Shown here: in pieces, positions 46,201 to 54,800 of the stretch
Layout of the letters: the number at the start of each line of letters is the position of its first letter
Position numbering within the stretch: position 1 is the first letter of the stretch
Virus record (IMG/VR): IMGVR_UViG_3300047476_000372
Coordinates: 1 to 60,313 of that record
From: a virus
Taxonomy: Duplodnaviria > Caudoviricetes
Direction: 5' to 3' (one strand)
DNA: 60,313 bases
Notes under the pieces: generated by a model
The model's input: only the letters and a program-made list of their open reading frames with translations
The model's database searches: none
What the model was told of the DNA's origin: nothing
Made by a program: the position numbers and the translations under genes

Positions 46201-46723
46201 CGACAAGAGCAATCCATATACATTTGGTTTTAATGAGTTTAGGAATGCATATACTTCATTCTATGACTATAGCCCAGAATGGATGACTACAGCGGAGAAC
46301 TTGGTCATATCATGGAAGAACGGTATTCTCTACACTCATGATAATACCACAAACTATTGCAACTTCTATGGAGTTCAATATAAGCCATCTTTGACACTGC
46401 TTTTGAACCAGTTTCCTCAGATTAAAAAGAGGTATAACACATTGACTTTGTTAGCTAATAAGGTATGGGCTCCTACAACAGCTGGAGACATTACTACTAA
46501 CCTGTCTCAGACTTCTAGCCTACAAGCATCTGACTTTATATTTAAGGATGACAAGATACATGTAGCCTTTAAGAGGGATGCTTCTAGCACAGGTGGTCTG
46601 TACAATGGTAACGTATTGAAGGGTAACTGGTTAAGAATTAAATTATCACCAGTTAATGGCAATGAATTCGTAAATTTGTATTATATAGAATCATCAATTT
46701 TAGAACCTTTTTATAATAGATAA
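43259..46723 (+). CDS. Tail stabilisation/muzzle protein (P22 gp10-like)
   Basis: F.G.MNLD, WTD..NPP.K.N, F.YR..Y.D, P.KA.AQE..GN..IYG...EG, G.IQ.L, YFTD..RG...RL..DG.TPI. Confidence 0.8.
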   Translation: MKIERKLFSGVMNLDDPNEAMASTHHKEAFNILFKGNPGEMRAESIPGNQAITNAGLQAGTNVCIGSHYDELKQRLFYFVYNSNGYDAIFVYSTITRTVSTLLMSKVDSLSTEPLFNFSPDNPIASVNILYRTEDDGDILHWTDRLNPPMKLNIKEALAVNKTYNGNWKKKYLTVARPMPLISPVCKYEDDATTNVNNLKSKLYQFRYRWVYKDFTKSTWGPWSRLFAPVNVDTLANEIDNLKNNRISITYNSGDSDVEKIEIAARQSIDTVFSDPFLVKTIDKTGLSDNSDYEYKFYNTEAYPALSLTESNQLFDYVPLKANAQELLNGNTIIYGGITEGRTANITPSVTKTVSLVQNTDTSADLTMSSFNRYTFTYTPVYNVTGGNHYIIFDGVPNVGDSYNFSLSFRRDIGAGVQSVTVTISIPTLTAGQNTQAALETILVSQLSSNATLQNYGLAAGVAALQLIEPGEFNGKRGVKIPGNSVNKSWILDSYNFVYNYAGGGGLPVDPTGVNTACYKHKSRYSFGICYFDEYGVTNGVVTSDNMSVITPEIDSTALASTELKIPLIQFDISHQAPSWARYFSFVRTTNLTVSDFKTIISTDTYKDASNTYAYLDITDYQLNKSGYPAYSFSKGDRVRIVGLKSGVDNVYDYPVFGVVASSDITTAAPPVRDRIWLKVPYDSGVMLNFGTAGYKEYYLEVYTPTVNTSDDVRVFYEFGETYPVIIDGVNRYHTGMAGENSQTSVQPATFKFVRGDVYSRLRNELWILDKSMSDKYNSNFDGNGRAFVVDEYAKETYFPTLVRYSLDYQAGTNINLTNTFYASNFDEYDREKGDIQRLKIRGRQLRVFQNRACGVVPVLQNVVQTVDGSGVLSQSAEIINKIQYYLGDYGIGTQFCSLSSSAQADYFTDPVRGCQVRLSADGLTPITELYKAHFYLTPLIVKYNKVRNNITGQGKAKILGIYDQFNEEFVTCMQESAAGDDKSNPYTFGFNEFRNAYTSFYDYSPEWMTTAENLVISWKNGILYTHDNTTNYCNFYGVQYKPSLTLLLNQFPQIKKRYNTLTLLANKVWAPTTAGDITTNLSQTSSLQASDFIFKDDKIHVAFKRDASSTGGLYNGNVLKGNWLRIKLSPVNGNEFVNLYYIESSILEPFYNR

Positions 46724-46725
46724 CT

Positions 46726-47391
46726 ATGGCACTACCAGCAATAATGGCCGGACTTAGTATGGCAGCATCAGCTGCTCCACTTTTTTTTGGCGAAAACAAT
46801 ATCTTCAGCGGTAAGGCTAGAAGAGCAAGTAAAGAATTAGAGAGAAACTTCCAGAGGTCTCAACAAATGGGATTACCTTCTGAGATTACTCAGTCTTTGC
46901 AAAACAGATTAGCTCAAGCTAATATGGGATTACCATCTGCGGCTGTAGGATTGTACCAACAGCAAGCAGCTAGAAATCAAGCATCACAGCTTGGAGCATT
47001 AAGAAGTAGAAGGTCTGCTCTTGCTGGTATTGGAGATGTTGCTCAAGCTGGACAAGATGCCGCTCTTAGACTTGCTGGTATGCAGGGACAAGCTATGCAA
47101 GCTAACCAAGAAAGAGCTAATCAGGCCCTTATGCAGGTTGGTGGAATGAAATATCAAGAGGAGCTAAGGAAGCAACAAGAAGCTGCTGACTATTGGGGAA
47201 CTAGAAGAGCAGAAGCAAATGCAGCTGTTAGTAGTGCGTTAACAGGTCTTGGAAGTTCAATGGGTTCTGCATTGATGTCTGGTGCTTTTGGAGGTAGTTT
47301 AGGTAAAAAAGGAAATACATTTACTCCTAAACAAATAAAAGCTGGAAGTCAAGTGGCATCTGGATTAATGCAATCACCGTTATTTTTTTAA
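46726..47391 (+). CDS. Putative ejected/cargo protein (A/Q/G-rich)
   Basis: Composition and position. Confidence 0.6.
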   Translation: MALPAIMAGLSMAASAAPLFFGENNIFSGKARRASKELERNFQRSQQMGLPSEITQSLQNRLAQANMGLPSAAVGLYQQQAARNQASQLGALRSRRSALAGIGDVAQAGQDAALRLAGMQGQAMQANQERANQALMQVGGMKYQEELRKQQEAADYWGTRRAEANAAVSSALTGLGSSMGSALMSGAFGGSLGKKGNTFTPKQIKAGSQVASGLMQSPLFF

Positions 47392-47401
47392 ATAAATATA
47401 A

Positions 47402-48817
47402 ATGGCAACTTATAGACCATCATTTGTAGATGTATCAGGGCTTTCAAGAGGTATCAGTCGTGGACTTGAGATAGCTGCTCAAAGAAAGCAGCAGCAAGAC
47501 CTTATTGCTGAACAGACGACTAATGACTTCTTGAAATCATATCAGCCGGGTAAATTAAGGCAGATGGATATTCCTGACTTTACAAAAGCATATAACCAAT
47601 ACAAGCAAACAGCTCTAATGTATTCACGAATGAATAGAGGTGGTGCTCCATCTGAACAACTAGCTGCTTCTAAGGCACAGCTAGATAATGCACTTAGTGG
47701 ATTAAACGATATATACTCTAGGTCAACACAAGCTGCTAGCTTACAGAAAGAATACGCAGACTATATAAAGACAGCTAGATTAAAAGGATATGATGTACCT
47801 ACTGAAATCAGTGAAATAGTTACATCATTAAATACTAGCCCAATAGCTGGTGTAGATACTTCTAAAATACCTTCAGCATACTCATTCCCTCTAGTTCCAG
47901 CTGAAATAGATTTTGATGGTATAAGCAAAACTCTTGACCTATCAGATGCTAGAGTTAAGGATATAGAGACAGTTAGAGAGAAAGTTCCTGTAAGAAGAGA
48001 TGTAAATGGTAATGTTTTATATGGTGAGCAAGTAACAAAGATGGTTGGTAGAGACCCTCAAACAACTGTTGATATGTTGTCTAGACTTGGAAGGTCTAAT
48101 GCAAGGCTTTCTAACTCTGCTAAAGAGGATTATAGCATACTTGCTGAAGGTATACAGAACAATGCTCCTGAGTCTATTAGAAGATTTAATGAAATTAGGC
48201 AGTACTTCCCTAATGTGACAAGCATGAAGGATGTTACTCCAGAGATGGTATTTGGGCTTACTTTTTACAGAAAGAAGCCACAAGCTACTACCATTGATAG
48301 AGGAGCGGCAGATGATGAATACCAAAGAAGAAAGGATATTATAAGCATTCAAAGACAGGGAGAGAAGGCCGCTGGAACAAAAGCTGGAGAGGTATCAGAA
48401 TCTCACCCATCTGTTATCATTAGGTCTGTTATGGAAGAGATTCCTGCTGTTACTGGAGAAAGAGGTAAGGAGCGTACATTCGCTGGTGTAGACGTTACTA
48501 GGCAATTTGCTGGATTTGACATGAAGGGTGGAGAAAATAAGATGTATCCTATAAAAAATGTAAAGTATATAGCAGGTGGAGAAGGAACTGATATACAACC
48601 ATATTTTGATGTTACCCTACAAGATGAGTCAAACTTCAAATTGCAGCCAAATGCATTTAATACTAGGATTGTAGCGGCTATGCCTGACATAACATTTAAG
48701 TCTGGTGCTGTATCAATACCAAAGGTTAGTAATGTAAAGCCAAAGGCAAAAACACCAGCTAAAACAACTACTCCTTCTAAAGGAAAAGGTGTTGGTTCTT
48801 TAGGATTAGAGTTCTGA
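47402..48817 (+). CDS. Putative ejected/cargo protein
   Basis: Helical 471-aa ORF before the giant protein. Confidence 0.6.
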   Translation: MATYRPSFVDVSGLSRGISRGLEIAAQRKQQQDLIAEQTTNDFLKSYQPGKLRQMDIPDFTKAYNQYKQTALMYSRMNRGGAPSEQLAASKAQLDNALSGLNDIYSRSTQAASLQKEYADYIKTARLKGYDVPTEISEIVTSLNTSPIAGVDTSKIPSAYSFPLVPAEIDFDGISKTLDLSDARVKDIETVREKVPVRRDVNGNVLYGEQVTKMVGRDPQTTVDMLSRLGRSNARLSNSAKEDYSILAEGIQNNAPESIRRFNEIRQYFPNVTSMKDVTPEMVFGLTFYRKKPQATTIDRGAADDEYQRRKDIISIQRQGEKAAGTKAGEVSESHPSVIIRSVMEEIPAVTGERGKERTFAGVDVTRQFAGFDMKGGENKMYPIKNVKYIAGGEGTDIQPYFDVTLQDESNFKLQPNAFNTRIVAAMPDITFKSGAVSIPKVSNVKPKAKTPAKTTTPSKGKGVGSLGLEF

Positions 48818-48860
48818 GTAGGCAAATAATCGTTAAATTTGCTTTACAAATAATCTAATA

Positions 48861-51800
48861 ATGCCAGATAAGGTATCACCATCGAAATTTGCTGCATCTG
48901 TAAAAGCGAAATATCCTGAATATCAGTCATACGATGATATCGAATTGACTAATGCAATAATCAAGAAATTCCCAGAATATAAAGAATACGTAGATTTTGG
49001 TGGTCCTGTGCCTGCTGCTAAACCTAGACCAACAGGAGGACTACCTAGTTTTCAACAACAGGTAGAGTACATGACTCCTCTTGTTTCAGAGGAACAGCCA
49101 AGGCCTTCTAAATATCAGGAGGCTGTTAATAAAGACAAGAGCGAGATTGGTAAGACAGCATCTACTTTTTACAATACCATACTAGGTTCATTTGAAACAT
49201 TAACAAAACTTGCTACAGAATTACCAGCTGCATTTCCTGTAACACCATACCAATTTTCTCCTGTAGATATTGGTGGTGCAGCAGAATCTGCTAGGAAATT
49301 TCAACAGCTACCATTAGAGGAAAGACTAAAGCCAGTAAAAGAATCAAGAAAAGGTATTGAACGTGCTTTTGATGTAGTACGTTCTGGGTATACTACTAGA
49401 GAAGAAGAAGCTGCACTAAAAGGACAATTTGATGTAACAGATGGTATAGGTTTTAAGGATTTTCAAGCATTATTAGCTATGTCAGGTGGTATAGCTACAG
49501 ACATGGCACTAGGTGCTGCTACTGGAGGAGCTACATTTGTTGGCCAAGGAATGCAGTATGCTTTTGAAGATTATGATAATGCAGTTCAAAAGTCTGGATA
49601 TGCTATGGACCCTAAAGCAAGAAACCTATATGGTATTGCTGGTGGTGTAATTAATGGTGTATTAGAAAAATTTGCGGTAGATAAGATAGTTGGAGATGTA
49701 CCTGTATTTAGAGATTTGCAGAGAAAAGTAATTGCAAATGTTTTAAAGAATACAGCTAATGTCACAGGCAAAAGAGCTATAGATGCTATAGAAGAAGCTG
49801 CTGTAGCAGAAGTTAGAAAACTATCTAGTAATCTTAAAAGAGCTGGATATAGAGCATTAGTGGAAGGTGGGACAGAAGCTGCTCAAGCTGCTCTAGAAGA
49901 TGGAATGAAGTTTGCATCAAATGCTGTACAAGGCAATGAGGTATTTAATGAAGAAGAAATTGCTAAAGGTTTTATATCTAATGTAGTAAACTCTGCAGTA
50001 GCTGGAGGTGTATTTGGCCCTATGCTAGGAGCAGGAGCAGATATAACTTTTGGCAAGAATGTAAACACTGAGATACTTACAGATATTGCTAACGCAAAAA
50101 CTACTGAAGATTTAGATGGTATAAGACAAGAGCTTACAAAGACATTTGATGAGAATAACTTCTCTCAAGAAGAGCGTGATATTATCATGAATAATGCCAA
50201 TAGGTATGCACAGATAAAGCAGACTATTCCAGAAGGAACTCCTGCATTATCACAATCTGTTGCAATACCTAAGATTGAGCAGAGAATGAAGCTTGATGAA
50301 GAGATTAATAAAAAGACAGAATATATAAATACTGTTGATGAAGCTGTTAGGGGTTCTGAAGAACAAGAGCTTTCTTTCCTTCAAGATAAGAGAGCATCTT
50401 TGAATGATGAAATTAGAGAAGTAATATCTAATGATGTATTTAATTATACAGAAGAAAATGGTAAGTATTACAAATCATTAGAAGGTGGAGCAAAAGAAGA
50501 AATATCAAAAAATAGATACGATTTAGAACAAATTAAAAGAGGAAACTATGCCACTACAGAAAGCAAAGAGCAAGTCCAAGAAGGACGTCCAGAAGGCGAT
50601 ATCAGCCAACGTCAGGGAGCTCAAGAAATCCAAGACCAAGAGGCCTTTAAATCAGATATTGGCTATCGCTATATCGTCGGCGAAGAAGGGGATGACATCC
50701 CGATAACAGCACTTCTAAACAAGAAGGTTAGAGTTAAGGGACAGCCTGCTATTCTATATCAACAAGGACAAACTATTGAAGCTAGGATTATAGGTACAAA
50801 TCGTATCATAGAAATAGGTAATGTAAATAAGTTAATGAATGAGTTACCTGATGCATACGATATTGAACTAGATGAGGTGCTTGTAACAGAGACTCCACAG
50901 GGATATAGAATTGAAGGTCAGCCACTAAAGAATACTAATGAGAATCCACTAGACGCAATTAGTCTAGACCAGAATGGTAATGTGATGAATGTTGTTCTTA
51001 CAACACCTGCTGGTAAGAGAAGGAAGTTTAGAGGCCAAGTAGCTCAGGACTTAGCATACCAAATACAACTAAAAGAAATACTAAAAGATGAAGAACAATT
51101 TGAAGAGTTCCTTACAAGGGAGCACCAAGCAGAACTCGATGCAGCAGCCAAAATCGCAGCCCAGCAAGAACCTGAGCAAGTTCAAGAGCCTGTCCAAGAA
51201 CAGGCAGTTGGAGTTGATGAAACAATTTCTCCAAGGCAAGTCGAACCAACCTATGGCAGGGTCACAGACAGAGATGCAACAACAAGCGTAAGGCTTCCTA
51301 ATCCAAATAGGATTCAAAGAAAGGTATTGAATGATGCTAGAAAAGTTGCAACTGCATTAGAGATATTTATACCTAGAACTACTGGACAAGCAGTACAGAT
51401 AAGTTTGCATGATGCTAACTCATTTGAGGAGGCTGTAGTTGCAGCAGGTGGAACACAACAAGACGCTACGTCCAGAGGGTTCTACATGGCAACAGATGGT
51501 AGCATACATCTTAACATGGATAACTTAGAAACAGATACTGTTCTTCACGAAGGATTTCATCCAGTACTTGACTTTGTAGAGGCTACAAACCCTGCAAAGA
51601 TTAATGAGTTCTATAATAAGTTAGCTTCAATACCGGGTGCTGAGCCAATTATAGCTAAGGCAAAAGAACTATATGGAGAAGGGGATGCACACAAGAAGGA
51701 AGCTATAACAGACTTTGTTGCTGCTGTAGCTGATGGTAGAGTAGTTGTAAATCCATCTAACTTCCAAAAGATTAAGGCATTTGTTTTAAATCTTGTTAAG

Positions 51801-54800
51801 AGTCTTGGAATAGGTAGTGGTCAGAAAATACTTACCGTAAAAGATGAGACTGGATTAGTAGAATTATCTAAATATATAACAGAACAGTTTACGTCTGAGT
51901 TTGGACTTATAACTACAGTAGATGTAGCTAATATTATTTCTGAAAAAGAAGCAAATAGAGAGATTGCTGAGGTAGAAAAAGATTTAATAGGTGAAAAGCA
52001 ATACGATTCTTCTGAAGGTCAAGACGTTGATAAAACCATTCCTGAAAAAGGTAGTGGTAGGGGTCCTCAGTTTAGCAGGTCTACACTAGAGAACGCTAAG
52101 AATAATTTAAAGAAGGTATCTGATTTAGCTGGTACTAAGATTGCTAGAGTTGTGTTTTATGACATGACTAGAGTTGGTAAGCTAGATATTAAAAATATAA
52201 AGACAGGTTATACTCCTAATATTGAAGGTAAGGGTGGGCCTTTATACTCATACATGGATAACTCTGTACAGAACAAATCTGTTTTAGCATTTGTGAGTAT
52301 AAACCAAGCTATACAGTCTTTACAGAGACAACAGATGTTCCCAGAAGCTGTACATGCTATTGCATCACAGAATCCAATGACTGCACACTTGGGTAATAAA
52401 TCTACACTTCAAGCTTTGTTTGGTGAAGGTATAGGTATATTCCAGAATGCAGCTAAGACTAAAGCACAAGAAAAAGAGATTGTAAACATATTAGTATCTG
52501 AGATAGATAGGATGTCTAAGATGCCTCCTAACATAGAGGCTAGCAAATCTGTAAATAAGATATTGCAGAAAGTAAATCTATCTTCTATTAAAACTATAAA
52601 TGACTTTAGAGACAATATACTTCTTGGAGAAGGTGACTCATTTGGTAAGAGAGGTTCTATCTTGACTGAATTGCTACAGAATAAACAATCAAAGGTAACA
52701 GCAGCTACAAGAAACTCACATAAGATACTTCACTATAAGTATGGTATACCAACAATAGAAGATATTGCAAAAGGAAACAATCAGAGTGAATTGTCAAATA
52801 TAGAGCTTGGTGATGTTGTAAAATTAGTAAGACCAAGTGTAGAGCCTGTGATATACACTACAGACCCTGCAATGTTTGAAAGATATAGCAATAACCCTAC
52901 TCCAGAGATGAAGAAGGGTGGCATTAGAATAGAATTGCTTCCTGAAGAATCAGCACATGAATCATATCCATTTGTTCTAGTTGGCGAAAACGTAGCATTA
53001 CTAGAAGAGTATATAGGTGCACAACAGCTATATCAAAACTTTAAGGATATAAAGAAGAGTGCTACATTCTTTAAGGTAGGTAGAATGAAGAAAGAGTCTG
53101 AAGCTGGTAGAGTTCCTGTATCTGTAATAACAGAGCAGAAAGGTCCACAGTTTCAGAGACAATATGCTGATGTAGTTAATGGATTCTATTCACCTATAGT
53201 TAAGAAGGTTAATGAATTCAAACAACCTAATGCATCTGCAACTAAGTGGAAAGAAATAGTTGGATTCAAGACAGATGAAGCTGTATACTCAGGGTTGGCA
53301 GACTGGTTAAATTCAAAGAAGCCTAACGAACAGGTTTCTAAACAAGATGTCTTGAAGTTTATGAAAGACAATAGACTTCAGATTATTGAGAAGACAAGAG
53401 GTGGAGACTATAAAGTCTTCGATATGAGAACAGATAGAGAAGTAGATTCATTTGAAACACTAGATGAGGCTCAAGATTTTGTAGCATCTGCTAGAGAGGA
53501 TGGAGATAGATATGGAATAGAAGAACCTATAGGTGGATTTATAAGTAGTATATATGAAGGCTATCAATTGCCGGGTGGTAAGGACTATAAAGAAAGACTC
53601 GTAATGCTTCCGGGTAAAGATATTTTTAAGGGAAATCATTTCAAAAATGATAGCAATATACTTGTACATCTTAGGATGAACACCCGCACCGATGCCGATG
53701 GCAAGAAAGTATTATTCTTAGAAGAGGTTCAGTCAGATTGGGGGCAACAGGGTAAGAGAGAAGAGTTTAAAGAAATTCCTAAAGCTCCATTTGTAACTGA
53801 TACTAATGCTTGGGTAAAGCTTGGAATGAAGATTGCACTTAAAGAAGCTGTTAAGGAAGGTGCAGATAGAATTGCTTGGACTACAGGACAACAGCAAAAT
53901 GAAAGATATGACCTTAGAAAACAGGTAGATGAGATACAGTACAATGACAATGGAGACGGAACTTACAGCTATTCAGCAGTTAAAAATAATTCTGAAATAG
54001 GTTCTAAACAAAATGTAAGTATAAAGGTTGTAGAAGAGGACCTTGGAAAAGATATCGCAGATAAGATACTTTCTTCAGAAGGAAGTAAAATACCTTTTTC
54101 TGATGCTGCTGGAGCAAAGTCTTTAAAAGGTGAAGATTTAAAGTTTGGCGGTAAAGGAATGAATGCATTCTATGGCGATGCACAGAATGTAGGTATTGTT
54201 GGTAAGGTAGCTAAAGCTGTTGTCAAAGAACTTACTGGTAAGGAAGGCGTCATTATAGAAAGTAAAATATCTTCTCCGGTTAATCAAGATGTTATAGATA
54301 GATATAATAGGGCTAGACAATACGGGAATGTTCCAGAGGCTTTAGCTAAAGAATATGAGCAAGCTACTGGTTTACAAGGAACACAGCCAGCTATAGAATT
54401 AACTCCTGAGCTCAAACAATCTGTTAAGGCAGGCATGCCACAGTTCCAGAAAGCTCCAACAAAAGCCATATCTAAGAAGCCTATAGTAGGAGTTGTACAG
54501 AAAACATTTATAGACCAATTTAGATATGGTGTATTAGGTAAGGAGGGAGTAAAACTAAAAGAGGCACAAGCAGGTGAACTGTCAGCAGAACTAGCTAAAG
54601 CTGAGAGGGTTACTAAAAATGCAATACAATTAATAGCTAAGTATAAGAACTCTGTATCTAAGACAGATGTAGAAGACTTCATGACAGGTAATGAAGTAGA
54701 AGGTAATCTACCTGCAGATTTAGCAGCTGCATTAACAGAGGCTAGAGAGCATGTAGATAACATGACTGAAAGATTAATACACTTAGGTGTTATTGATGAC

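Noticed and set aside
54284-54763. Long antisense ORFs (this one, 25737-26147, 48403-48825, 13004-13348, 30872-31216 and similar)
   Set aside because: Typical shadow frames opposite real genes; no promoter or start context and S/L/F-rich composition.
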